From Myxococcota bacterium (GTDB taxonomy: Bacteria > Myxococcota_A > UBA796 > SXON01): DNA of 64,000 nucleotides. This document shows positions 35,656 through 45,326 of this stretch, piece by piece; the first letter of the stretch is position 1; each line of letters begins with the position of its first letter. The notes below the pieces were generated by a model. The model made no database searches. It saw nothing but the letters and a program-made list of their open reading frames with translations, and was not told the DNA's origin. The translations under genes and the position numbers were made by a program. The stretch lies in NCBI GenBank assembly GCA_040386535.1, contig JAZKFH010000002.1, positions 96,001 to 160,000 of the forward strand. Direction: 5' to 3'.

Positions 35656-37673
35656 CCGCGGGGGCTTATGACGACGGCGGGCGCTTCGGCAGGGTCCAGG
35701 CCGAGACGTTCTCGGCACGCGGCGAGCGAGTCCCCCACGATCAGCACCGTGACGATGCGCTCGGCGCGCTCCGGATCGGTGGTGAAGAGGGCGCCCGCGC
35801 CGATCAGGGGCGGATCCTCGCCGATGACGAGCGGGGCGCTCGCGCGCAGCCACGCGGCCCACGCCGGGATCCCCTCGAAGCCCGCGGCCCGCACCTCCGC
35901 GCGCGACACCTGGGTCCACAACCCGACGCGGTCGCGGCGCACGCGCCGCCCGATCGCGCGGGCCACACGCCCCATCGTGACCCGCGGGTTCAGCTCGACG
36001 AGGGGCTTGAGCGCCACGTCGCCCGTGGTGGTGCGGTACACCAGCGCGTCGATCCCGGCCGGGCCCGTGAAGCCGCGCGCCGCCATCGCAGGGCCGAGGT
36101 GGCGCACCACCTGGAAGAGCCGGTCGCCTTGCTCGGAGAGCAGCCGCTTCACGGGGCCCGGTTGATCGCGCAACACGTCGCCCAGCACCGCGCCGCGGTA
36201 GCGCCCGCGCCCATCGGTGAGGAAGCGGCCCCACACGTCGGTGGTCACGCGCCCGTCCGCGGCCACGTCGAACTGGAGCGACAGATCCACCACCCGATCG
36301 AGCCACGGCTCCACCACGATGGCGCCCTGCGCCGCGATCACCTCCCGCGCCCAGATGTCGACACCCGGATCACCCCACCGCCGCATCCCGCGCCCCGCCG
36401 TTCCCAGCGGCGCCTTGACCACGTGCGTGATCGTCGCGACCCGCTCGACCTCGGCGAGCGAATGACACACCACGCCGACCACGGCGGGATCACACAGATC
36501 GGGCCGCTCGGCGAGCCGCGCGACGGACCAGGACTTCTCGTAGAGCGGGCGCCACTCGGGGTTCCACGCGGGCGCGCCCAGCACGTTCAAGGAGGCGGCG
36601 ATGGTCGGGCTCCAGCCCCACGGCGTGAACCCCGCCAGGGGGCGCCCGACGAGCGCGCCCGGCCCCCCCTCGACCACCTCGGTCGGCGCGAAGCCGGCGC
36701 GCGCGAGCTCCGCGAGGTGGGCCGGCGAGGGCGCGCGGGGCGCGAGCACGACGTCGTCCCTGCCCGCCAGGAACACGAGCAGGCCAGCGAGATCGCGGGT
36801 GACGCGCACCCCGGACTTCGTGGGCGGCAGGTCCGCCACCTCGGACTCCACCTCGGGGTGGAAGCTGAACACACGCGGCAGCCGGCCCTTCGACGCGCCG
36901 AAGGCCTCCAGGCGCGTGATGGTGTCGTCGTCGAAGCCCGCGGCCTCGCGGGGGGCGCGGTGGAAGCGGGTCCCCTTCCCTCGTGCCGGCGTCAGCGGCG
37001 GTGGCAACGCGCCCACCCACGCGTCCCAGCGCGACATGCCCTGATCACGCCACGTGTCGAACCACACCAGCCCGTGCCCGACGTGGCGGATCTCGTCGGC
37101 GAGCACCTCGTCGAGCACGCGGGCGGTGTCGAGGTCCCCGACGCGCCGGAACGCCGCGGCGTAGTGCGCGGCGAAGTCGAGGTTGGCCTGCTCGAAGGTC
37201 AGCGAGAGGCCCGCCACGAGCTGGATCGGGGAGGCGCCGGCGAGCGCGTCCCAGAAGTAGCGGTTGACCGGCAGGTCGCCGAAACGGACGCCCCCGGACT
37301 CCATGCGCGCGAGGTAGCTCGCGAGGTGCCGCTGCTCGTCCGCGGCGATGCCGACGAGGCCCTTGCGGAACGCCGCGGGCGCCTCGGGGAAGCGCACGAT
37401 CGCGAGCGCGAGCAGCTCCAGCGCGAGCAGCTCGTGGTTGGCGAAGAAGTGCAGCGCGCGGCCACGCGACTCGGGCTCGTGGAGCGTGTGCTCGGCGGGA
37501 AACGGCGAGCGCACGGTCTGCCCTGGCGCCGGCAGCGCGAGGCCAGCCGGGCGACCGGGCACGTCGGGGATCCGCGCGGAGGCGTCCCACTCCTCCGTGG
37601 CCTCGGGCGGCGCGAGCTTGTCGGCGAGCGTGGTGCCGGTCAGCACACGCCACGCCCAGGCGGTGTGTGGCAT
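35652..37673 (-). CDS. DUF455 ferritin-like domain fused to an ATP-grasp ligase domain
   Basis: N-terminal: LHFFANHELLALE, DEQRH, FEQANLD, DEIRHV. C-terminal: PWGW, VVKAPLGTAGRG, VVEPWL, GPAGIDA, VELNPRVTMG. Confidence 0.8.
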   Translation of the reverse strand: MPHTAWAWRVLTGTTLADKLAPPEATEEWDASARIPDVPGRPAGLALPAPGQTVRSPFPAEHTLHEPESRGRALHFFANHELLALELLALAIVRFPEAPAAFRKGLVGIAADEQRHLASYLARMESGGVRFGDLPVNRYFWDALAGASPIQLVAGLSLTFEQANLDFAAHYAAAFRRVGDLDTARVLDEVLADEIRHVGHGLVWFDTWRDQGMSRWDAWVGALPPPLTPARGKGTRFHRAPREAAGFDDDTITRLEAFGASKGRLPRVFSFHPEVESEVADLPPTKSGVRVTRDLAGLLVFLAGRDDVVLAPRAPSPAHLAELARAGFAPTEVVEGGPGALVGRPLAGFTPWGWSPTIAASLNVLGAPAWNPEWRPLYEKSWSVARLAERPDLCDPAVVGVVCHSLAEVERVATITHVVKAPLGTAGRGMRRWGDPGVDIWAREVIAAQGAIVVEPWLDRVVDLSLQFDVAADGRVTTDVWGRFLTDGRGRYRGAVLGDVLRDQPGPVKRLLSEQGDRLFQVVRHLGPAMAARGFTGPAGIDALVYRTTTGDVALKPLVELNPRVTMGRVARAIGRRVRRDRVGLWTQVSRAEVRAAGFEGIPAWAAWLRASAPLVIGEDPPLIGAGALFTTDPERAERIVTVLIVGDSLAACRERLGLDPAEAPAVVISPRG

Positions 37674-37680
37674 GGTCCGG

Positions 37681-38166
37681 CTACGTATCGCGCGCGGCGG
37701 GCGGGATGACAGCGCTCGTCCGTCCCCTCCCCGCCCACCACGCGCCGAGCACCGCTGGGATCGCCACGAGATCGGTGGCGTCGGCCTCCAACGCAACGGG
37801 ACTCCACCCTGGCACCGGCCCGCCCGCGAGCGCCGCGCGCGCCGCCCAGTACGGCCACTGGAGGAGCCCCAGACCGTGTTCGTAGAGGGCATGCGCGGGC
37901 GGCCAGACCTTCACGGCGGCGAAGGTGAGCGCCGTCGCGACACAACAAATCGCCAACACCCGGCGGCGGACGGCGCCCCCACCGAATTCCCAGAGCGCCT
38001 GGAGCAGCAGCGGAAAGAACACGAGCCCCGCCACATCCGAGAGCTTTCCCGTCAAGAGCCCCGGCCACGCGGCCTTGCCCCAGTGGTCGTTGACCCCCAG
38101 GACCAGCATCGCGACGAGGGGGACCGGGTGGAGGAGGCCGTGGGTGCGGCGGGGGGGTGTGCTCAC
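37681..38166 (-). CDS. Conserved hypothetical membrane protein
   Basis: TM segments; LGVNDHWGK, TGKLSDVAGL, DATDL; GTGA overlap with the upstream gene. Confidence 0.7.
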   Translation of the reverse strand: MSTPPRRTHGLLHPVPLVAMLVLGVNDHWGKAAWPGLLTGKLSDVAGLVFFPLLLQALWEFGGGAVRRRVLAICCVATALTFAAVKVWPPAHALYEHGLGLLQWPYWAARAALAGGPVPGWSPVALEADATDLVAIPAVLGAWWAGRGRTSAVIPPAARDT

Positions 38167-38906
38167 CCGAACACCACCCGAAAGTTATCAGGGTTCTGCG
38201 CCTGACGGTCCCGAAACAGGGATCGAATGTGGCCCGCCGTCACCGGTCCGAGCCGCTCGTCCAGCAGGCCGGACTGGTCCAGGTGCAGCTCCGTCGCCGG
38301 CTGGCCGGCGAGCCAGTCCCACAACGCGTTCAGGTTGTAGCCGTACATCCCCTCGTCATCGGGATCGAGCCACTCGAGCATCCGGACGTGGAAGTCGCGC
38401 TCGGACTCGATGTGAGCGCAATCCACGTGGACGAACCGGGTCACACTCACTCCGGCGATCCCCGGGCGCAGCGTCAGGTCACGCTTGGCCGGCCATGGAC
38501 GAGCCGAAACAGCGCCCGACGTGACCGGCATCGGAACCCCGCGTATCGACATCGGCGATTCAGCTGAGCTCAGCCAGACAGCACGCAATGTGCTGGTGCC
38601 CGCGCGGTGGTCCTCCGTGATGCTCAACCAGCGCTCCGGCGGAACGGCCTCGGCCGACCCGAACACCAAGGCGGCTTCAACACCCGCAGGAACCGCCGGG
38701 ATCATCACCCAGTGCCAGAGCCGACCCTTGACGAGTGTCTGGCACTCGTAGGCGAAACAGGCGCCTGTTCGCCTCTCCCGCACCAGGCCTTGCAGCGGGG
38801 CGTGCAGATAGGCCGGCACCTCCTCCAGGAACTCGAATCCATCTTGGAGATCGGCCCAGCCGGTCATGTCCAGGAGGTGCTCGTCCTTCGGAGGCTGGTC
38901 GTTCAT
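38163..38906 (-). CDS. Unknown N-terminal domain plus C-terminal barstar-family (RNase inhibitor) domain
   Basis: C-terminal VDCAHI.SERDFH...MYGYNLNALWDWL matches the barstar YGxNLDALWD signature; GAGG upstream of ATG 38906. Confidence 0.7.
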   Translation of the reverse strand: MNDQPPKDEHLLDMTGWADLQDGFEFLEEVPAYLHAPLQGLVRERRTGACFAYECQTLVKGRLWHWVMIPAVPAGVEAALVFGSAEAVPPERWLSITEDHRAGTSTLRAVWLSSAESPMSIRGVPMPVTSGAVSARPWPAKRDLTLRPGIAGVSVTRFVHVDCAHIESERDFHVRMLEWLDPDDEGMYGYNLNALWDWLAGQPATELHLDQSGLLDERLGPVTAGHIRSLFRDRQAQNPDNFRVVFG

Positions 38907-38967
38907 CCGTCTCGCCTCGGGGTAGGTGCGCTGGACCCCTCGTCCGGGCACGGTCGCGAAGTGGTCC

Positions 38968-40728
38968 CTAACCGCCCCCCCCTCCCTCCCGCCGCCGCCC
39001 CCGTCCTTGCCGCTTGCCACCGCCCGCGTGTTTCGGCCGCTCGTTCTCCCCACGCTCACGACGTGGCGCCGGACCGATCGCGACCTCACAGAGCGCGTCG
39101 GGCGCGGGCACGAGCGTCCAGGCGGCGCCACGATCGGTGTCCGCCACCGGGTCGCCGAGGCCGGCCCGCAACACGCGCTCGACCTCGGTGGCGTCGCCGT
39201 GGTCGCGGAGGAGGACGATCCGTCCGAAGCCGGCGTCCGCCAGCACGCCGGCGTCCCGCGCGACACAGCCCGGCGACGGGCTCCCCGCCTCCAACGGGGC
39301 GCGGTTCTTCTGACGGAAACCTTCGGGGGTCCCTGGCAGGACGTCGTCCACCCAGCGGAGCGTCGTGAGCTCCCCTTGTTGGGAGAACGGGTAGCGGCGC
39401 ATGTCGCCGTCGGCGGCGTGGAGCCAGGCGAGGCCGCGCTCGTCGAACGGAAGCCACACGGAGGGCACGTCCGGATCGCCGAGCCCGGCGGGGAGCGCGA
39501 GCTCCCAGGAGGTCTCCGTCTCCGGGACCGAGCGGAGGTAGAGGACCTGGTCCGCCACCGCGAGGCACGCCACGAGCGCCGCGATCCGCGGGCGGCCGAC
39601 GAGCGCGGGCGCGATCGCGAGCACGAGCAGGGTGGGGACGAACGTGCCGAGGCGGGCCCAGCCGGTCGACGGGATGCTCCACCCGGGCAATCGCTCGAGC
39701 CAGGTGACGGGCATCTCCGCGAGCACGGGCGAATCGATCGTCCAGCGGGCCTCGGGGCCGATCATCAGGAGCATCACGGCGCCCGCGAGCAGCAGCCAGA
39801 ACCGGGAGGACCGGTGCACGACCGCCGCGCCGATGGCGGCCAACAACGCGACGAAGCCAGGGTAGGGCGCCTCGTGCCAGCCGCGCGCGAACGGGACGTC
39901 GGCGCCGCCGGGGAGGAGCTGGGCGAGTGGCACAGAGATGATGCCGCTGCGACCGACGAGCAAGGAGGGCGGTGGGTACAGCCGGTTTGTGTGCACCCAA
40001 GGGTACAGCGCCAGGGCGCCCACCCCCGCGACGACCGCGAGCTGGCCGAAGGCGCGCTTGCGATCGCCCGCCTGCGCGAGGCACCACAACGCGGCGGGCA
40101 CCTCTACGATCGCGGTGAACAGCGCCGGAAAGCCGCCCTGCATCGTGAGCAGCGCGAACGTTCCCGCGGCGAGCGGCAGGTCGAACTTGCGCCCCGGACG
40201 CACCGTGGCGCGGTACAGGAACGCGAGGTGCAGCGGCCACAAGAACTGGATGATGTTCTCCTGGCGGCCCACCCCCGGGGTCTGGTGCAGGAAGGCGCCG
40301 AACGCCACGATCGTGGTGGCGGCCGCCGCTGCCATACGGGTGTCATCCTCGGGCCACCACGCCCGAACGAGGCTCCACGTGCCCGCCACGGCGCTGGCAA
40401 ACACCATCGCATACAGAACGTTCCACGCGAACGCCACCCCCGCGATGCCACCCCCGGCGATCCGATACGCGGGCCAACCGAGCAGCGTGGTGGCGGGCGA
40501 GAGGTTGGCCTCGCCAGGGTCGCGGAGCCCGGTCTCGTGCAAACGCAGCCACGGGCCCTCGGTCGCGAACGTGCGGAGCCACGCCGCGTGCCGCCAGAGG
40601 TGCCAGGAGGCCTCGGAGTCCCAGGTGCCGAGGACGTGCGTCGTGGAGTGAGCCAGCACGGGGCCGAGCAGCAGGAGCCCGGCGATGAGGACCGCGACGA
40701 GGGCGAACCAGGGACCGGGTCGAGACAC
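38968..40728 (-). CDS. Multi-pass membrane protein, putative GT-C-type glycosyltransferase
   Basis: N-terminal TM, loop WDSEASWHLW, about 10 TMs, YPGF, WARL, periplasmic C-domain; downstream of dpm1-arnT-msbA. Confidence 0.55.
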   Translation of the reverse strand: MSRPGPWFALVAVLIAGLLLLGPVLAHSTTHVLGTWDSEASWHLWRHAAWLRTFATEGPWLRLHETGLRDPGEANLSPATTLLGWPAYRIAGGGIAGVAFAWNVLYAMVFASAVAGTWSLVRAWWPEDDTRMAAAAATTIVAFGAFLHQTPGVGRQENIIQFLWPLHLAFLYRATVRPGRKFDLPLAAGTFALLTMQGGFPALFTAIVEVPAALWCLAQAGDRKRAFGQLAVVAGVGALALYPWVHTNRLYPPPSLLVGRSGIISVPLAQLLPGGADVPFARGWHEAPYPGFVALLAAIGAAVVHRSSRFWLLLAGAVMLLMIGPEARWTIDSPVLAEMPVTWLERLPGWSIPSTGWARLGTFVPTLLVLAIAPALVGRPRIAALVACLAVADQVLYLRSVPETETSWELALPAGLGDPDVPSVWLPFDERGLAWLHAADGDMRRYPFSQQGELTTLRWVDDVLPGTPEGFRQKNRAPLEAGSPSPGCVARDAGVLADAGFGRIVLLRDHGDATEVERVLRAGLGDPVADTDRGAAWTLVPAPDALCEVAIGPAPRRERGENERPKHAGGGKRQGRGRRREGGGGG

Positions 40729-40796
40729 CGGCGCACGGTACTCCAGGGGGCCGGCGCGGGGCAAGGCCGGCCCGTCGGCCCGCTTCTGAGACGGCG

Positions 40797-42587
40797 CTAC
40801 CCCGCCTGCCTCGCCACCAACCGCGAATACTCCCCGCCCGCTGCCATCAGCGAGGCGTGGGTGCCCCGCTCCACGACGCGCCCGCCCGCCAGGACCACGA
40901 TGACGTCGGCGTCGCGGATGGTGGAGAGGCGGTGGGCCACCACGAACGTGGTGCGGCCCTTCATCAGCCGCTCCAGGGCTTCCTGTACGAGGGCCTCGCT
41001 CTCGGCGTCCAGGTTGGACGTGGCCTCGTCGAGCAGCAGCACCGGGGCACCGCGGAGGAGGGCGCGGGCGATGCAGATGCGCTGGCGTTGGCCGCCGGAC
41101 AGACGCATGCCGAGCTCGTCGATGCGCGTGTCGTAGCCCTTGGGGAGCGCGCGGATGAAGGCGTCGGCGTTGGCGGCGGTGGCCGCGGCGATCACCTCGT
41201 CGTCGGTGGCCGCGGGCTCGCCGAAGCGGATGTTGGCCGCGACGGTGTCGTCGAAGAGGAAGGGCTCCTGGGTCACGACGGCCACGTGACGCCGGACCGA
41301 CGCGAGCGTGAGGCTGCGCAGGTCGACGCCGTTCCACCACACGGTGCCGGCCGAGGGGTCCCGCAGGCGCGGCAACAGCGAGAGGAGCGTCGTCTTGCCG
41401 CTGCCGCTCGCGCCCACGATCGCCACGCGCTGGCCGGCGCGGACGGTGAGGTCGATGCCGCTGACGACCTCGCCGTCGCCGTAGTCGAACGCGACGTTGT
41501 CGAGCTGGATGTGGCTGGGCGGGAGCGCCTCGACCACGCCGGCGTCCACGATGGCGGGCGGGGCGTCGAGCAGGGCGAACACGCTCTCGGCCGACGCGAG
41601 CGCGCGTTGAAGGAGCGACTGGATGATCGTGAGGCCCTTGAGCGGCTCGTTCATGAGCCCGAGCGCCACGAGAAAGGCGATGAGCTGGCCGGGCGCGAGC
41701 TCGCCGCGGAACACCTGCCCACCTCCCACCCAAATGACGGCGCCCACGCCGATCGCGGCGATGAGCTCGACCACGGGCCCGGGCAACAAGCCGGCGGTGA
41801 CGGCGCGGAGCTGCGCGACGTGGTGGGCCTCGTTGAGGGTGCGGAACCGCGCGCTCCGCTCCCCTTCCCCGCCGAACACCTGGACCACGCGGATGCCCGC
41901 CAATGTCTCCTGGGTGGTGCCGGCCAGGGCGGCGCCGCCGTCGAGCGTGTCCCGCGACGCGGCGCGCACCCACTTGCCGAAACGATCGATGGGGAGCGCG
42001 ACCAGCGGGAGCAGCACGACCGCGACCCCAGCCAGCTTGGGGTTCATCCAGAACGCGCTCGCGATCAGCACGATCAGCGTCAGCGGCTTCTGGATGGCGG
42101 TCACCACCCCGCTCATCGCGTATTGGAGGTTGTTGATGTCGGTGAGCAGCCGAGTCGTCCGCTCGCCCGAAGGCGTGCGTTGGTGCCAACCTACGTCCAT
42201 CGTGAGGAGCTTGTCGAACGTGACCTGCCGCAGGTCGGTGACGATGCGCCAGGAGATGGACCGGGTGAGCATCCCGCGCGACACGTTTACGAGGCCGTTG
42301 AGCGCGTAGAGCGCCACGACGCCTGGCGCGAGCAGGGCCAACATGCCCGCGTCCCGCCGCAACAGCACGTCGTCGAGGACCTTCTGGATGAGGAACACCA
42401 GCACGCCCGGCAGCGCCGACGCCACGAGCACGAGCACGAACGAGAGGGCGAGCTTGCCACGAAAAGGGGCGAACAGGCGGACGAGGCGGACGGTGGGAGA
42501 TGGGGCCGCCGCTGGCGTGCCTCCGGGCGTTACGGGGCGGAGCCCCGTCCCAATATCTCCAGGCTCCAACGGCTCCGGGGCGCTCAT
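40797..42587 (-). CDS. msbA: MsbA-like ABC exporter (TMD+NBD)
   Basis: Six-TM domain, GASGSGKTT, LSGGQRQR, LLLDEATS, VAHRLSTI. Confidence 0.78.
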   Translation of the reverse strand: MSAPEPLEPGDIGTGLRPVTPGGTPAAAPSPTVRLVRLFAPFRGKLALSFVLVLVASALPGVLVFLIQKVLDDVLLRRDAGMLALLAPGVVALYALNGLVNVSRGMLTRSISWRIVTDLRQVTFDKLLTMDVGWHQRTPSGERTTRLLTDINNLQYAMSGVVTAIQKPLTLIVLIASAFWMNPKLAGVAVVLLPLVALPIDRFGKWVRAASRDTLDGGAALAGTTQETLAGIRVVQVFGGEGERSARFRTLNEAHHVAQLRAVTAGLLPGPVVELIAAIGVGAVIWVGGGQVFRGELAPGQLIAFLVALGLMNEPLKGLTIIQSLLQRALASAESVFALLDAPPAIVDAGVVEALPPSHIQLDNVAFDYGDGEVVSGIDLTVRAGQRVAIVGASGSGKTTLLSLLPRLRDPSAGTVWWNGVDLRSLTLASVRRHVAVVTQEPFLFDDTVAANIRFGEPAATDDEVIAAATAANADAFIRALPKGYDTRIDELGMRLSGGQRQRICIARALLRGAPVLLLDEATSNLDAESEALVQEALERLMKGRTTFVVAHRLSTIRDADVIVVLAGGRVVERGTHASLMAAGGEYSRLVARQAG

Positions 42588-43984
42588 GGTGTTGCCTGTG
42601 TCTTTGGAGCCATGTCGGCCTCCGGCCCGCACCCGGACACCGGCACGACCTGCCACCGCTCGATCGGCGCGCCGTCGATGTCGCGCTCGCTCACGACGTT
42701 GGACGAGCCACGATCGGCGCAGAACCGATCGCTGGGGAGATTGTCCCCGCCGCGCGCCCGCCGCACGAACAGCGCGGACTCGGCCCAGCGCGTGGGCCAG
42801 AGGTCGTATTGGTCGGGCCGCGCTACGCCGGGGAGCGCGTAGGTCTCGAGCCCCTCGTAGTAGCGGATCAACGCGGCCTCCTGGTAACGCTCGGTGTAGA
42901 CCGGCTCGATGCCCCAGGCCTGCACGCTCTCGGCGAGGTCCCGCCCGACGCCGAGGCGCGCAGTGGGATCGCGCGGCACGTCGAGGATCGGCATGTACAG
43001 GTGTACCGCGACGAGCGCGGACAGGATCGCGCCGAAGCCCGCCCCCACCCACGCGGCGCGACGTACGCGACCAGTGGAACGTGACAGGCCGACCGCCACA
43101 CCCAACCACGCCGGCGCCGCCCAATTCGGCTCGCCGCGCGCGAGCGTGGCCGCGAACGTGAAGAACGCGAGGACCGGGAAGCTGGCCCACCACGAGATCC
43201 GCTCGGTAGAATCGCCACGCCAGCCGGTCACCCAGAACGCGACGGCGGCGCCGAAGAGCACGGGGCTGACGAGGCCGATGTTGGCACCGAGGAACTCCAA
43301 CGCGCCCAGCGGCCCCGGCGGGGTGGCACTGGTGGCGCCGCTCCCGCCCAAGCCGTGGCCGAGCTGGAACTTCACCGAGATCCAGTCGTGGTCGGCGTTC
43401 CAGAGGAGGTTGGGCGCGAGCAGCGCGAGGGTGACAGCCAACCCGGGGAGCATCGCCCGCCATTGGCGCGGCGCGCCCAGGAACAACAGTGGCCAGATGC
43501 CCCACCCGGTGTACTTGCACAGCCCCGCGAGGCCCGCGCCGAGGCCCGCCAGGAGCCAATTGCCGCGGTAGGCGCCCGCCAGCGCGATGGCCCAGCCGGC
43601 CAACATGGGCGCGTCGGGTGTGGCGAGCACGCCGCCCAACGTGTAGAGCGGCATCGCCGCCAGGATCGCGACCAGGAGCCACCGATCGCGGGCGAAGGGC
43701 AGGAGCGCGGCGACGGCGAGCGTGCCCGCGAGGACGGGGCCGGCGCGCACGCCGATCGAGGTGGCACCGAACACCTTGGCGAACGGGGCGATCACCCAGG
43801 CGATGCCGGGCGCGTGGTCGTAGTAGCCGGCGGCGAGCTGCTCGGACCACGCCCAATAATAAGCTTCGTCCTCCACGATGCCGGTGGTGCCGGCGAGGAC
43901 CAGCCGGATGACGAGCACGGCCGCGAGCAGCAGGAGGGGGCCACGCATCGCCATAGGAGGCGCCGTTGCCACCGCGCCGCTCAT
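42584..43984 (-). CDS. ArnT/GT39-like polyprenyl-phosphate-sugar-dependent glycosyltransferase
   Basis: DEAYYWAWS..L..GYYDHAP, TPDAP, CKYT, PNLLWN; many TMs; ATGA overlaps on both sides. Confidence 0.85.
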   Translation of the reverse strand: MSGAVATAPPMAMRGPLLLLAAVLVIRLVLAGTTGIVEDEAYYWAWSEQLAAGYYDHAPGIAWVIAPFAKVFGATSIGVRAGPVLAGTLAVAALLPFARDRWLLVAILAAMPLYTLGGVLATPDAPMLAGWAIALAGAYRGNWLLAGLGAGLAGLCKYTGWGIWPLLFLGAPRQWRAMLPGLAVTLALLAPNLLWNADHDWISVKFQLGHGLGGSGATSATPPGPLGALEFLGANIGLVSPVLFGAAVAFWVTGWRGDSTERISWWASFPVLAFFTFAATLARGEPNWAAPAWLGVAVGLSRSTGRVRRAAWVGAGFGAILSALVAVHLYMPILDVPRDPTARLGVGRDLAESVQAWGIEPVYTERYQEAALIRYYEGLETYALPGVARPDQYDLWPTRWAESALFVRRARGGDNLPSDRFCADRGSSNVVSERDIDGAPIERWQVVPVSGCGPEADMAPKTQATP

Positions 43985-44658
43985 CGCAACAAGCCGGGCA
44001 CACGCCACGCGGCCTCGATCGCGATGCGCCCGCTCATCTTGGAGGCGCCCGCGCGGCGCTCGGTGAAGACGATCGGCACCTCCACGATCCGCGCCCCGAG
44101 CGTGTGTGCGCGCCACGTGGCCTCGACCTGGAAGGCGTAGCCGTCGGCGTGGAGCGTCGCGGGGCCGACCGCCGCGAGCGTGGCCGCGCGCCAGGCCTTG
44201 AAGCCCCCTGTCAGGTCCTGCTGCGGGAGCCCGAGCCAGCCGCGCGCGTAGGCGCTGCCGAAGCGGGAGAGCGTGCGGCGCCCGAGGCCCCACGCCACGG
44301 TGCCGCCGCCCTCGGTCCACCGGGAGCCGAGCACGAGATCGGCCGCCGCGAGCGCGTGCAGCAGGCGCGGCAGGTCGGCGGGATCGTGCGAGAGGTCGGC
44401 GTCCATCTGCAGGATGGGGTCCCAGCCCTCGGCGAGCACGCGCGCGAACCCGTCGCGGTAGGCCGGCCCGAGCCCGCGCGTCCCGACGCGGCGCAACACG
44501 GTTGCCCCTGCGGCCTCGGCGCGCTCGGCCGTTCCGTCGGGCGAGGCGTCATCGACCACGAGGATGTGCGCGTCGGGGAGGTGTGTCCGGATCGCCACGA
44601 TCAGCGGGCCGATGTTCTCGGCCTCGTTGAAGGTGGGGACGACGACGGCGGGAGGCAT
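43981..44658 (-). CDS. Polyprenol monophosphomannose synthase (GT2, Dpm1/Ppm1-like)
   Basis: PTFNEAEN, VVDDASPDGT, GLG.AY, QMDADLSHDP, DLTGGFK, GYAFQVE, F.ERRAGASKMS. Confidence 0.9.
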   Translation of the reverse strand: MPPAVVVPTFNEAENIGPLIVAIRTHLPDAHILVVDDASPDGTAERAEAAGATVLRRVGTRGLGPAYRDGFARVLAEGWDPILQMDADLSHDPADLPRLLHALAAADLVLGSRWTEGGGTVAWGLGRRTLSRFGSAYARGWLGLPQQDLTGGFKAWRAATLAAVGPATLHADGYAFQVEATWRAHTLGARIVEVPIVFTERRAGASKMSGRIAIEAAWRVPGLLR

Positions 44659-44688
44659 GCGGGCGGGGGCTTAACGTCTCGAGCGCCC

Positions 44689-45264
44689 CTACTGGACGCT
44701 GATGACCACGCGTTCGAGCACCACCGGGGTCACCGGGAGGTCCATCTCGTTGCGCGGCGTGTCGGCGATGCGCGAGATGACGTCGGGGTTGCCACAGTCG
44801 CCGAACACCGTGTGCTTGCCGTTCAGGTGCGGCACGGGCGCGTCGGTGATGAAGAATTGGGAGCCGTTGGTGTCGGGGCCGCGGTTCGCCATCGCGAGCA
44901 AACCGCTCCGCTCGAAGCGGCCCTTGTCGAGCGCCTCGTCGGGGAACAGGTAGCCGGGGCCGCCCGAGCCGTCCGCGAGCGGATCGCCGCCCTGGATCAT
45001 GAAGTCGGGGATGACACGGTGAAAGATCGTGCCGTTGTAGAGCGGGCGCTTCGTCGGCGTGTTGGAGACCGGATCGGTCCACCCGCGCTTGCCCTGCGCG
45101 AGCTCGACGAAGTTGCGCACGGTGTTCGGCGCCTGCTCGTGGCGGAGGATGCAGCGCACGCTGCCCGCGGTGGTGTTGAACGTGGCGATGAAGACCCGGC
45201 CCGGAGGCGGGCCCCAGGGGCGCGCGAGGGCCGCGGACACGAGGGCGAGGAGCAGGAGTCGCAT
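44689..45264 (-). CDS. Exported cyclophilin-type peptidyl-prolyl isomerase
   Basis: Signal peptide; APNTVRNF, FHRVIPDFMIQGGDP, AMANRGPDTNGSQFFIT, HLNGKHTVFG. Confidence 0.93.
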   Translation of the reverse strand: MRLLLLALVSAALARPWGPPPGRVFIATFNTTAGSVRCILRHEQAPNTVRNFVELAQGKRGWTDPVSNTPTKRPLYNGTIFHRVIPDFMIQGGDPLADGSGGPGYLFPDEALDKGRFERSGLLAMANRGPDTNGSQFFITDAPVPHLNGKHTVFGDCGNPDVISRIADTPRNEMDLPVTPVVLERVVISVQ

Positions 45265-45326
45265 ACCGGGCGGTTACCTCGCTCGCGGGGCGATGCGCCA
45301 CCCCGGATTCGGAGGTAGGGTCGGGG

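Noticed and set aside
38151..38982. Homopolymer tracts (G7 at 38151-38157, C8 at 38975-38982) as phase-variation sites
   Set aside because: Such runs are expected in very GC-rich DNA, both frames are intact, and the second lies in the last codons of its gene.
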